Origin: the human T2T-CHM13v2.0 reference genome, Homo sapiens
DNA length: 64,000 nt
Reading direction: 5' to 3' (one strand)
Assembly (NCBI RefSeq): GCF_009914755.1
Contig: NC_060928.1
Shown here: piece by piece, positions 45,101 through 57,699 of the stretch
How the letters are laid out: every line of letters begins with the position of its first letter
How positions within the stretch are numbered: the stretch's first letter is position 1
Translations under genes and position numbers: made by a program
Notes under the pieces: model-generated
The model's database searches: none
Told to the model about the DNA's origin: nothing
Seen by the model: only the letters and a program-made list of their open reading frames with translations

Positions 45101-48100
45101 TTAAAAATAAAAGTTAAATTAATTTAATTTAAAAAATAAAAATATTACAAAAAAAGTGTAAAAAATTATATGGAGTGATTGTAATTCTAGTGTAATAAAA
45201 CAGTTACTATTTAGTAATGACCTGTATGTTTGTTTTATGTATTTTATATTAGTTTTCATCTCCAAATTTAATTGTAATGTATTCGTTTATTTTTGAATAA
45301 TATGAGAAGTAGTTTAAATGTATCTACTTGTCGGTAGGTTATTATATTGGAGCCTGTTGTCCTTTGATTGACAAAATAGCAAGTCTATAAAATAAGCTAC
45401 TTATAAGAACTAAATAAATGCTGCCAAGATTTTATGTATAACTTCATTGGAATTACAAATTATCAAGCACTATTTCCCAGAAAAATTTCAAGCGACAATT
45501 TTTGACACAAATTCAGAATATTACCATTATTGTTAATTTTGGATTTTTTTTTGGCCTAGAAATGAGGAACCTTTTGGTATCATGAATAAAAATAAAGCTA
45601 ATGAATAAACTCAAAATTGTACTTTGCTAAATTTGGTCAACTGATTATTAACACTTAGATAACGTGCTACAAAGCTTTGTCAACAGTGATTAATATGTTC
45701 TGCTATAGCCAAGACATTCTTATTTTAAGTTACTAATTTTGAAACTCCAAAGCAATCCTCACAAACTGAACAATAATTTACAGTGTTTAACTTTTATTTG
45801 CTACATCAGTGTTAAAGTAACTCAGGTTTCAGCAAAAAGTTAGAGGTCATTACAAGAAAGCTTTATCAGATAGGAAATTAAAAAGTCATTCACAAATACA
45901 CAAAGGTCCCTGGTTTACTCTATACAGAAGAAAATATATTCCTACTATGTTCTATGGAGGGGACATCTGAACCTGTTCCCCTGCCTCTCTTCCTTCTGTT
46001 TGACTCCTTCCTATATTTCCTTCTGCTGCCTCCATTGGGAGGAGTTGTTAATCTGGTAGTTAGTGCTGAGTCCTTGTGGGACCATATTTTATACTGTACA
46101 GGATCCACCTTCAGGTCAGGATCCATCTCCATCCTTTCTCTTTCATCTTCCTGCTTCAGGCAGTGTTCTCTATTTGTTGTCACATATTTCACATAAGCAT
46201 TTGACTTAAAGTACAAACAGAAATAGTACATTCCTTAATTGTAAACATTCACCAAGAGCTTCCAGAGTACGGTAAGTAATAGAGGTGGCCCAAGAGTAAG
46301 TGAAATCTTCTTCACTCATTGGATACTGCTGAGATTAGCAAAACAGCTTTGAAGAAAATGATCATAAGTCTTCCTTGTATTTCTACAAAGATGCAGTTCT
46401 GGATATATATTTTTAGTTGAAAACACTTGAAAGTCATTCTAAAGACTACATTAGGCACCATTTTCACTTACCTGAAATATATTCAGTTAATTTCAGCAGT
46501 ATGTATGACTCTTAATATCAGAAATTAAAAATAACCATGAGTCTCAAGTTCCCTGTTGTGGATACCTACGGAGTACTGAGTTCCCACTGATACTAATAGG
46601 AGCCACTCATGAATACCAAGGGTAGTAACTCCCCCAGGGCCACATGTAACCACTAAGTCTGAGGCACAACTATTACTTGTGTTGGTGGAAGCAACATAAG
46701 CATATTTAAGGATGTATTTGGATGTAAAGAGTTCACTCTACTCTTAATATTCTTTCTATGTAGATCACAAACATTAACAGCCTCTTTCAGCAGTTTTCCA
46801 CACCAGTAAGGCACTTTATCTTACCTTTTGTGGGATCTTGGCAAGGGCTGTTGCAATTACATTGGCCCTTTCTGCTGTCATGTTACTTATCACTGACCCC
46901 AGAGAAAACACCACAACACCATTTTCTCCAGAGCTCTGTACAAACTCCTCCATTTCCTGTGAAAAAAAAATTGTTTCATCACAAAAGAGTATCACCACAG
47001 CAGGCACTACTGAAAGAATTGGTACCAAATATTAAAGAGAGAAAATCAAGTATTTTGAGGAATTATTGGAATTAATAATATTTTTTAACTGAATCATTCA
47101 GTTTCTTTGCAAGAAGATGTTTGAGATAGTTGGCCTCTGTTAAGGATATTTGTGTAAATATGTGTGTATATGTATGTATGTGTCTGCATGTGTGTAATGG
47201 AGGAAAGAAATGGAGCTATTACATTGTAGTCAGGGAGATAATGTGAAAAAATATACCCAGACCCTTCACTTATAATACTATAATTACTAATATAAGTTCT
47301 TGGAATAGTGGCACCACTCGGCTTTAATCCTATGTTTTTGTTCTACTAAATCACTTGTGTTTATTTCAGGCATGTTTTCTGTAGAATTCTTTTAGTTTGA
47401 AGCCATTAGTGGTCTACTTCCCTAAATATGAGCACTGAGGAAAAGATATTCACAGTTGGGATAATTTTATATCTACATTTTTGTTTCTCTACAATGCTTT
47501 ATGCTTCACTTAAAGTTTGTCAGAGTTTTCCAGTAGTTTTTCAAAAAATAAAAAATGAAAATAAAAGCTGGTGGTTAAGAATCACTGACATTCCTGAGTC
47601 TAGTATTGTGATTTGGAATTTTTATGAATCAGTCTTGGGAGTCTCATTTATCATACAGAATTGTAGAGTTTATAGTTAGTTGTTGAATAATTGTACCTTT
47701 TGGGTTTTTGTTTAGGTGGAGCACCTATTGCCCTGAAATCACACTGTTAAATTGATGTGCTATTTCTAACTGCATGTGAGGAACTCTCATCATCACTTTG
47801 TTGTGTCTCAGAGGCAGCACTGGCACCAGAATAGGAGAGGCCACCAGGCCTTTCTTCAGGAGAGATCTTGTCTCTCTTTTGAGTAGCTCACACACACCAC
47901 ATTACACTGCTGGTGAAGATGTGCTTGGCTGCCATTGATTGAGAATTATTCTGACTTGAGTTCCCCAATGTATACCAATATTTAAATTTAAGTATTTTCA
48001 GATTTAATCATTGGGGTAAAACTTTTCCAAATGGTTTTTAACAAAACAAAGAAAAAAAGTCTAAATGTAAACAGTGCATCACATATGGCAGAGTGTTTTC

Positions 48101-51100
48101 TTAAAATATGATTTTTAATCTTACATTAACGTGAGAGTCCTTGTACTACTATTCCACGTAATACCTGGGGCTTCTAGGTGTTGCGTGTGATTGCAGTTAC
48201 CTGTAGCCACATTTAATGTAACTCGTTTTCAGTGTTTCATCTCACTGGCTTGATATCAGAGCCTTGTTTTTCTACTAGGTGTTGAAGGAATCTAATCTCT
48301 GTTTAGAGATTCATCACTGATATTGACTGGTTGTTTCTCCTTTTGTGATAATATTATAAAAATAATACAAAATTAATGTAAGAAATTGTATAAAAGTATG
48401 AAAAGTTTTTTAAAAAATAATTTTTCTAAAATTTCTACCTAGAGATATTATTTATAGAAAATATGTATTTTTTATTATGGATTTTGTCCTATTTATATAG
48501 GTCAATGTATACATGTGACACTTATTTAGAAAATTTTAATCTTATTGTATATACATTTTATCCTGCGAAAACTTCCATCTTGTTATATTTATCATTTTCC
48601 AACTCACTTTATTTGTACTATGGCTGATGGTGTAATTGAACATTTCATTGATAAAATTATTTTAATGCTATTGTATGCACATACATTTTAATCATTCTTT
48701 CATATAAGATGTTGGATTACTTGTAATGTTAATTTTGTGAATATTTTCCATAAGGTTTAATAGGTGCACCTTGATTTTTTTATGATTTCACGTGAATATA
48801 TTATAAAATTAATAACTACGCATTTTTAAAACACTTGATGCAGTTTGTCAAGTGTCTTATTCTCTTAAAATATATAGAAATTATCTGAGAATGTAATATA
48901 TAATTGAAAAGAATGCAACCTGGGTTAGCAATTATTTTACATAATAAACAGTTAAATAGCTGGTTTCACAACCGTTGACTTGCATTCAAAGCTTTCTGCA
49001 AGTTAATAACAAGACCTAGTATTAGTAATTACCACTATTGTACTACTAGTCAACCTTTTTTCTTGTCCTTTTACACCTCCTACTCTCTTCCTCCTCCAAT
49101 TTGCACTGTCAGTTTCCCTTAATGTGAATGGGGAAATCTTTCAAGAGTAATGTAGAGTGACATAGATTTTTCATTAGTCTTACTTCAGCTTTTCTCTCTT
49201 GAGAAAGTGACTATATAAAGCCCATACAATTTGCATTAAACAGAGATACTGAGTTTTAACAATGGAATAAAATCTCAGTTTTATGTAAGCAAAAACGTTC
49301 TTTTAAGAGGTTGCATAATAATGCATTGAAGAATGCTTACTTTGTACATATGTCTTAAAATGTGATATTAATTTAAAATATGTGAGGTTCTTGTGTTCCT
49401 TCAAAAAGAATATAATCTTATATGCTGACAGAAGTTTCTTCATATTGAAACTAAGGGCACTATTCAGATACAAGTGGTAGAAATTATTTCGTCTTTATTA
49501 TGCATGCATTGTTCACTATCTCTGTGCTTCTCTGTCAGGCACCTATGATGTTGAGACAAGTTCATCCAGAAAGCTTTACTGATTTGCTTGTCATAAGGCA
49601 GACATCATCTGCTCTAATAGGTATGTTTATGCTCTAAAATGTAAAATTCTGGGATCTCAATGCAGAAATGATTTTAAATACTTTGTTAAAGTCAAGTGAA
49701 CCCTGGGTTTGTCTGCACATATTTGAGGTACACATTTATATTGTTGAGAAAGAGTTTTAAGCTGGAATACTGGTGAAGATCCTTGTTACTTATGGTAGAA
49801 TTTTAGAATTTCAACTAGCTCATCTTACTGTCACAATTGGTATGTATAATTTTAATCAAGTCCACAGGGTATCTGTCATCTATGACTTTGCAAGAGAATA
49901 TAACCTTGATGTGCTGAATAATCTGGTTCTCTTAAATGAGGAATGATATCTCAAGTGACTTGCACATGTTAAGTAGTTAGTAGTATTAGTAATAATCACA
50001 AAATAACCATAATTACAAAATTAATAACATTTCTGAGTCACTGACTATATGCCAGAGACATTTTAAGTGTTTTGTCTGTTTTAATATTTTTTCCACACAA
50101 CACAATATGAAGTTGGCACTATTTCTGTAAATGTGGGCCTAATGATTTCTATCAACATTCTAGTCCACTTTTCCATCATCTGTTACCTGAATCCATGGAA
50201 AGTTTCCTGAATGGTTAGCTCTTTACAGTGTGGCCCTTCTGTAATTTAATCCATTGAATATCTTGGAGGCTTTTCTTAAAAAAGAGAATCGTTTCATATA
50301 TATTTATTTCTTAACTCTTTTTAGTAGTTTTTCAATACTCTTAAGAAATATTTCCACTACTAATATGTATCCGGCTCTAATTTACCTCTTAGTATCATCT
50401 CATTCTTAGTCATTCCCTGAAAACAAAACCTGAGGACTTGAGAACTGTCCTGACCACTTTATCTGCTTTCCCTTTTTGTCTGCCCCTCCCCTTCATTCTT
50501 TTACCTATTCCTGCATATTTTTTAGCCCTCATCTTACTAATCAGTAACTCCAGGATACTTTCTATTATCTCCACTGATGCTTTCTTGACATTGGGTTTTT
50601 CCTTGAGATAATAGTTTTTTATAACATTTTCATTAATTACTTTTCTATATATCAAAGTAGAATGTAAGGTATGTGGGGACGGAAACTGTGTCTATTTTTT
50701 TTCTCTGAAATTTCTGCACTTACTTGTGTTTTGTGCTAATCCTTTTATAAGTATTATTTGAATGAATGACCAATACCTTCTTAGGTGTTGCATAATCAAC
50801 ATTTTACTTTAATCAACCCTACATTCAAAGTCTCCTTACTATTCCTCTCTATTTGTAATATGCATAAAACTCACATACGTGTGACGGTATTAACATATAC
50901 ATGAGTTTCTAATTAGTATCTGCTTTACACCACCTACTTCCCATCTTTCTTTCAGTGTAAGTCAAACATTTTGAATGAAAACTATAGACTCATTTCTACT
51001 GAAACTTCGAAGCCAACAAAATAAAACCAACAAAAGTATGTTTACCTTAGGTAGGGGTTTGGCAGGTTTGCAGTGGAATCCTCCAACAAAATCAACGTTT

Positions 51101-53195
51101 GGTAAGAATGGATGAGGAAATTGAAAACTCCAGGAGTTTCGCATAAGCCATATGTCAGCTTTTCCCATTGTCTCAAATAAGGTAGTGGGTCTTCCTGACA
51201 GGAATAAAGAAAAGAAAAAGTGGATGATGTAAGATAATTACTTTACATACCTTTCTGAAAAGGGTTAGAACAATGTAAGCAAAGATGTAGGTAAAGTTTA
51301 TGTGCTTTGAAAAATATATAAATATATATGAATAATATATTATTATGTATTATATATTTTGTCCATGTTTATTTATAAGAAAGGCAAAGTGGTGGGAGAA
51401 TTATGAGGTTAAGCGACATCTCTAATGTCAAGTCAGTATACTCACAATTATTAAAATAAGTCATAGATAATTAAACATCAATTTATTTTCTCTTTAAAGC
51501 TTCAATAGTTGCATATAGATATTTAAACAACTCTTTGAGCTCCATAATCAATTAATTCTACTGTACCCATAAAACCAATTTTCTAACAGTCCAGTTTACA
51601 CAACTCATTAAGCTAATCCTTTTATCTTTGGTTCAAGTGAACTCTGTACTATTTTGAGTGTATGGCAGAAATCCTGGTACCAACTATTCATTTGGATTTG
51701 AGCTAAGATCTTAATAATAATATCATTTAAGTAAATATATTTGTAAATTATAGCTAGAAATTTTGAGAAATTATTGAAATAGAGAACTGTACTCAACCTT
51801 AATCTGTCTCATATTTTTAAATAAAGAGACATGGTTTCAATAAACTATATAGATATAACAACCTTCACACTTCAACAAGATAATTGGACTTCAAATGCAT
51901 GATTTCCAATTCTTTAGTTAGGGAGTATAGAAATATTAGAAACTTCAAATCACCCTTATTGACTTTTGCATCTGAGATGTAGACATTATCTCTCTCTACT
52001 GTGAAGGAAACCTTCTGGAAACATGGGAATATCTTTCAATATCTAAATAAGAAAACTGAGATTTACAAGGAAAACTTTCTGCAGTTACATAGATAGTTGT
52101 AGAAAAATGTGTAATTACTCATTCTAAATCTATGCATTCAGTAAGATGTTACTTGATGGATTTTACTGTTTTTAAGATCTAAAACATTATATAGTAAAAC
52201 AGATGTGTAATTGCTTAAATTCTTAGGTGTACTAATATATAGGTTTATGATTTCCTGGGGTGTTCTGTTTGAGTGATGGCCACAGGGTTTTAACAGACCT
52301 TATAATTTAAGCTTTTCTATAATGTTTGTGAGATTGATAGATCATCTTGTATTTTCATTTCATAAATTCACTTACCAAAAACTCCACTTCCCTGACTTTA
52401 TGGCTTTATAAAAGCTCTGCTTCAAAGACACAAATAAGTTAGATCTTCACGTTACCGATTAAACAAATTCTTACCTAAAACTTCACTGTAAAACTGATCC
52501 CACTTCTTCATATCAGACATTTGGAACCAAAAGTCAAAATAAAGCACATAGATCATATTTTTTACCCTCTCCATGAAAGTCATTTGATCACTTAATTTTG
52601 ACATAACAATAGGTATGTAGGAAGGAGGGAAAATCAGTCCTCCACTGTGCCTTTCAATTGTGTAGCCAGGAGTAAAGCGGAGACTGTACACAAACCGTAT
52701 GTTAAGTAGCGCAGCCAGCAGCTCACCACAGGGAAAAACAGCATCTGCAAAAACGATGTCAAATCTTGACTCTTGTAGTTTTTTCATAACTTTCTTATTT
52801 GAAACTACATCTTTACAGAAGTTTCTAAATATGTCATATAATTCCCACAGGATTTCTTGTTCTTGTGAAAAATATAACCAAAAGCTATCTTTTCGAATGT
52901 CTGACCATCTCTTAACCTGTTGCATGATGATATTCTCAAATTCAGTTTTAGTTAAAGATGTAGGATAAACTTCAAATTTAAGAGTGGATGCATCATTGGG
53001 ATCAAAAAGAATGGAAGCTGAAGATGCCAGTACAGTCACCTCATGACCTCTCTGAACAAGCTCTTTCAGGATTGTCTTCATATTCATCCAATGGCTGTAT
53101 TCTGCGGCCCACACCAGCACTTTTCCACAACTCCCAGAGCTAAAGTAACAACTGAGATGTATCAGCAGAAGAACTGAAGTCCATTTCAGAGTCAT
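38914..53195 (-). CDS. UGT2B11: UDP-glucuronosyltransferase 2B11, six coding exons: join(53195-52475, 51194-51046, 46956-46825, 44040-43953, 43122-42903, 39193-38914), 529 aa
   Basis: All introns GT-AG; 1590 nt in frame. [37 protein letters not shown]-terminus, UGT signature [46 protein letters not shown] helix and KGKRD ER-retrieval tail. Matches my recollection of UGT2B11 rather than 2B10/2B28. Confidence 0.93.
41480..42500 (+). mobile_element. Old L1M (L1MB-like) 3' fragment in UGT2B11 intron 5
   Basis: AATAGACATGTTTTCTAAGAAGATATA, ACTTTGGAAAACAGTTTAGCAG, TGTATGATTCCATTTATATGAAAT, GATAAAAATGTTCTAAAATT motifs. Confidence 0.65.
42903..43122 (-). CDS. UGT2B11: UGT2B11 exon 5 (220 nt)
   Basis: ATCCTAG|GTCATCC ... 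GATCCTTT|GTGAGT; [28 protein letters not shown]. Confidence 0.93.
43953..44040 (-). CDS. UGT2B11: UGT2B11 exon 4 (88 nt; too short for the ORF track)
   Basis: TAACAG|GTTCTGTGG ... CTTCTAG|GTAAC; [29 protein letters not shown]. Confidence 0.93.
44310..45155 (+). mobile_element. L1PA13-16-like 3' end in UGT2B11 intron 3 (antisense to the gene)
   Basis: ORF2 end ([12 protein letters not shown]) plus 3' UTR GAGGATCAGGAAAAATAA..CAAACCCCCATGACACAAGTTTACCTAT and A-rich tail. Confidence 0.8.
46825..46956 (-). CDS. UGT2B11: UGT2B11 exon 3 (132 nt)
   Basis: TTCACAG|GAAATG ... CAAAAG|GTAAG; [26 protein letters not shown]. Confidence 0.93.
51046..51194 (-). CDS. UGT2B11: UGT2B11 exon 2 (149 nt)
   Basis: TGTCAG|GAAGACCC ... 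CCTAAG|GTAAA; [31 protein letters not shown]. Confidence 0.93.
52475..53195 (-). CDS. UGT2B11: UGT2B11 exon 1 coding part (721 nt; signal peptide and aglycone-binding domain)
   Basis: ATG at 53195; donor TTTTAG|GTAAG at 52475/52474; catalytic His in EYSHW and Asp in FADAV present. Confidence 0.95.
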
Positions 53196-53244
53196 CCTGG
53201 TGCAATGCGATCATTCTTTTCCAGTCACTGTTTCTTTCTCATAC

Positions 53245-53350
53245 TTATATACAGAGATAAATCAATCAAGTTAAAATATAACTCCTCCAATCCAAAGTAA
53301 ATATATTATAGGAGCATCCTGAGTACATGGATGGCAAGGAGACAAACAAA
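53245..53350 (-). promoter_or_regulatory. UGT2B11: UGT2B11 proximal promoter: TATA, PBX-type, HNF1 and forkhead motifs
   Basis: TATATAA (53245-53251), TTGATTGATT (53260-53269), HNF1-like GTTATATTTTAAC (53270-53282), FOXA-like TATTTAC (~53297-53303) and TGTTTGT (~53342-53348). This arrangement is typical of UGT2B promoters. Confidence 0.65.
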
Positions 53351-53689
53351 GTTCGATTACTTCATATTTACTCAAGGATGTTTTATGTTTCTTTTATGTT
53401 TATATTCACTGTCATCCACCTAAGATTAATGACCTTGCAAGTACCCTGTTTTATGTAACCTACTTTATAATAGTGTCAAGAACAGTGGCAAGTGAGAGAG
53501 TCCTGCAGAGCCCTTGACACAGAATAAGAGATGAAATGATTGTACAATGCAAACAGCATTTTTGAATATCGTGGTTCAATGAATATCTTGTAAATCTTTG
53601 TTGGAGTATAATTCAAATACCATATGATTCATCAATTAGTATTTAAAATTAAGTATTTCCTAGTAAATTCACAGACTTGTGCATCCAAC

Positions 53690-54255
53690 GTAACAATCAG
53701 TTTTATCTAAAAAAACAAAAAACTCCTGTGTATTAGTTCTCATCTCCCCACCAAATTTCTGCATCCACCCTGCACTAGGCAACCAGTAATCTAATTTCTG
53801 CCTCTAGAAACACACCTATTCAGGATCTTTTTAAAAGTAAACGGAAGAATATAGTATGTGGTCTTTTGTGGCTGGCTTCTTTTATTTAGTTTAATGTTTT
53901 TAAAGGACCATCCATAGAATAGTGTAAATAAGGACTTCATTTTTATTGCCAAATTGTATCAGATGCTATTTATAAACACAATTTATTTATTCATTTATAA
54001 GTTGATAGATATTGATTTTCTTCCACTTTTGGCCATTATGAATAGCATTGATTAACATTGATGTGCATGAATTCTGTGGACATGTTTTTATTTTTCTTGG
54101 GGATATGCCTAGAAAGGCAATTACTGAATTATGTGGTAAATGTAAATATAACCTTTTGAGGAATTGCTAGACTTTTTCAGAGTGAGTGAATAATTTTCTA
54201 TTCTCACCAACAATGTATGAGGGTTTCAATGTCTCCACAACCTTGCCCACCCTTG
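53690..54255 (-). mobile_element. Old L1M (L1MB-like) fragment
   Basis: TAGGCAACCAGTAATCTA..TATGTGGTCTTTTGTGGCTGGCTTCTTT..CAATGTATGAGGGTTTCAAT..TCCACAACCTTGCC. Confidence 0.7.
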
Positions 54256-54379
54256 TCTTTCACATAACCAAAAAAGTTATTTTTTATTTTAATTTATAAA
54301 CACACTCCAACAGACCCAAAAAAGAAGGTTTCCTTCCACATATTGGAGGGAAAAGTGAATAAATTAAATAATAACTTAC

Positions 54380-55106
54380 CTAATACTTCACTGTAAAACT
54401 AATCTCACTTCTTTTTGTTAAAAATCTCAAATGCAAAGTCAAAATGAAGAAAATGCAACAGATTTTTCACCTTTCTACAAATGTGTTTTGGTACTAAGTT
54501 CTGATATGACAACAGTTACATCAGAAGGAGGTAATGTAAGTCCTCCACAGAGTTCTTGGTACATACTGCCAGTTGTAAATTGATGATAGTAGACCAAATG
54601 TATAACAAATGTTTAACAGACTAAGCTGTTCAGATAACAGCTCACTACTGAGAACTGACATCTGCAAGAATGACATAAATTCTGGAATCTTGTTGTTCCT
54701 CATAATTTTCTTGTTCAAAACAGCATACTCAATGAGCTTTTGAACAGTATCAGAACATTCATGATATGTAGTTTTTGCATTTTGAATCATATGCCAACAA
54801 TGTACTCTTTGGAAACTTATATGTCCACATCTTGATCAATTTCATAAATATGAAATCAAGTTCCTTCTGAGTAAAAGATGTGGGATAAACCTCAAATTTA
54901 ACAGCAGATTGTTGGAATCAATGAGGATGGAAGCTGAAGGTGACAAGCACAGTTACCTCATGGTGTTCTGAGCAAGTTCATCAAGTATCAACATTAAATT
55001 GATACAAAGACTGTATTTCATCGGCCACACCAGCACATTCTCGCAGGATTCAGGGCTAAAATACAACTGTCAGCATAAGAAACAAAAAAGCCCATTTCTT
55101 AGACAA
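54380..55106 (-). pseudogene. Degenerate UGT2B-type exon 1 relic, tandem upstream of UGT2B11
   Basis: Reverse strand gives (TTG)[51 protein letters not shown]|GTAAG. 727 nt, close to the 721 nt of the real exon 1. Start codon lost (TTG), frameshifts and stops. Confidence 0.85.
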
Positions 55107-56214
55107 CTTGTTAAAATGCTATCTTTCTTTATAACTTTCTCTAACTTGGTACATATCAATATCAATCAATGTCACAATGATTTAAGTATTGACAATAGAG
55201 GTTTTGGAAAGCAAGTGAATAAAGAAAAGGATGAATGATTTTGTGTTTGCATGTGTGAATAATAAATTTCATTCTTATTGTAAATATGGCTGTCTCCAGA
55301 ACAAGAGATAATTTAATTGTATATGAAGAGTTTCTAGTATAAGAAAGCAGCATTGTGTCAACAATGAGGCAGGGGTGTGATCTATTCTTATTTATCTTAA
55401 CATTCTCAAATAGACCGTCTTCATTTTCTCTATGTATTTTCACAATTATGATATTAGCATCATTTCATGTTTCCTGACATTATTTTTCTGACCATAGAAA
55501 TTCATTTTCTTTTTATCCAAACAGATATGTTTTAAGTACAATTACAGTTACTTTGCTTCATTTGCAAATATTTTGTCTAAATTACAATATTTTATTTTTC
55601 TGAATATTTGCAGCATTCCTTATGTTTCTCACTCTTAGAAAGTATTTATCTTCTAAATGCCTACTCCTGAACTTGTTTCACAGATTGCCTTGTAATTCAG
55701 GTAATTTGTACTTTTAAAGAGTCTCACCAGAAATTTACATCAAAGTAGAATTAGGAAGGAAAAGATGCATGTCACAAAACAGACAAATTTGTTTTTATTC
55801 TATTAATAATCTGTTAACCTGAAATGAGATAAGTCTTTCTCAAAAGGATGTTGGAACACAGTTTCTGAGCAAATATTGCCCGCAGAGTGGCAATATTGTT
55901 CAATATTTTTAATGTCCTTGAGTGCATGCATTATGTGTCACCCAGATTTTCCCTTTGGGAATATACAAATTACTTTCCAGCTGATGAAGTGATTAACAAC
56001 TGACATACCTCACCTATAAGCTCTCTGTCTCAGAACAGCACTGCTGAAAGCTATCTAGTATAAAGTGACCTTTCCAAGACAGCCCATATCCAATGCCTGG
56101 TCATATGTAAGATTTTGAAGGCCAATTCTCCTCATTTCAATGTGGACCAACTCTGAAGGGCTAACTTAGCTTCAAACTCCCAGTGGGTGAGATGAAACCT
56201 ATGCTGAGACTGCA

Positions 56215-56560
56215 TGTCTCAGCATGCTCAGGGTGCTATATAGAAAAATACCATACATTGCCTAGCATATAGACAAAAAACATTTATTTGCCACAGTTCT
56301 TGAGGCTGAAATTTTCACAATCAAGATGCTGGTATTGGGCATTCCTCCAAGATGGCAGCCCGTCACCATGTCTTAATGGGGAAAAGAGATGAATGAGTTC
56401 TTGTGAGCAAATTTTGGAATGGAATTAATTCCACTAATGAGGACTCTGCCTTCGTGACCTAAACACCTCCTAAAAGGTTTTGTCTGCTAATACAGTCATT
56501 TTGGTTATAAGAATTTTAACATATTAATCTTTGCAGCACTCAAACATTCAAACCATTGAA
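56215..56560 (-). mobile_element. MaLR LTR (MLT1A/MST-like)
   Basis: ATACCATAC..CATTTATTTGCCACAGTTCTTGAGGCTG..CAAGATG..CACCTCCTAAAAGG..AAACATTCAAACCAT. Confidence 0.55.
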
Positions 56561-57082
56561 TTGAATTATATCCTAATTTGTTCCATAGTCCAATCTTGCT
56601 TCCTACTTTTTCACAGGTGTTATTTTCAATAAAACTCCCAAATTATCTTCCTCAAAAGCATATTCAGCTTAGAGTCTACTTCTTGGAGCCACCCAGCATT
56701 TGATAATATGTACCAAGAGAGGTCAGAAAAAAAGAACAGACAACAAAATGAGATTTTAGAGTTGGATCATTCACTACCAGTTGTAAGGAGAATCCTATCA
56801 CTATTGGTAGGGAGAACACAAATAGACCCTGGAATGTGATAATTTAAATTTTTCATACTTTCAGTAACGGCAAATTATGATGGTAATCTTTTGAAAGGGA
56901 AAGTGTTACTTATTAGGATATATCACAAATGTATCAATATGGGAAAAGTAGAAATTATGACCACAATAGAGGCAAATGTTTTTTTCTTCAGAGTTAATGC
57001 TTGGGATAAAATAATAGAAGAGTGAGGACTAATAACCATCAAATTAAGGCAAACTATGAAAGCCAGAAAAGTCTCCTTGGAA

Positions 57083-57300
57083 GTGTTCCCAGATAAAGGG
57101 GCCTTGATTCAGACACCGAGAGAAGGTTCTCGGATTCCACACAGGAAGGAATTCAAGGTGAGTCACAGAGTGCAGTGAGAAAAGATAGTTAATTGAAAGC
57201 TATGACATTACAGAGTAGGGCATCCTCTGAAGGGAAAGAGTTGAATGCAACACCTTTGTTTCAAGTTTTTCTTATATAGGAGTTGTCTCTGTAAAGGACC
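57083..57300 (-). mobile_element. Partial MER4-group LTR (LTR8/LTR9-like)
   Basis: AAAGGGGCCTTGATTCAGACACCGAGAGAAGGTTCTCGGAT..GAATTCAAGGTGAGTC. Confidence 0.45.
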
Positions 57301-57699
57301 TATTCACAAAAGTCCCTGGATTTTGTCTGCAGCTCCATCTCTGTGCAATTTCTGGGAGACCCCTCTGCCAGTCCACATGTCCTTGAAGGTATGGAGCCCC
57401 ATCTAGCCAGAATTCCAGATGTCTATAGTGAGAGGGAGCTGTCTACTATTCCTTTGACTCACCTTTCCCTAGAAACCGCTCAGGGTAGAGAACCAGCTGT
57501 AGTATTCAGGCACCCCATTCAGCGTCCTCAGCCTTCTTTCTCTTCAGCCTCAGTGACTACTTCTTTCCTCCATCCACACTCAGTATTTTCTCTCCAAAGA
57601 TCTGTTCAAATTATGTTGGTATGAAAAAAAAAACCTGGTGTTCCCCTGGTGGCAGTGGCACTTCCTGACTGCATCTAGTTGATCATCTTGAGCACATTC

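Noticed and set aside
45920-46231. 103-aa charged ORF ([22 protein letters not shown]) in intron 3, sense to UGT2B11
   Set aside because: No recognisable homology or clear sense-strand splice sites; the composition follows from a purine-rich strand. Not called as a gene.
52699-52968. + strand ORFs overlapping UGT2B11 exons (also 46830-47075, 42780-43126)
   Set aside because: Antisense shadows of real coding exons, with no independent evidence.
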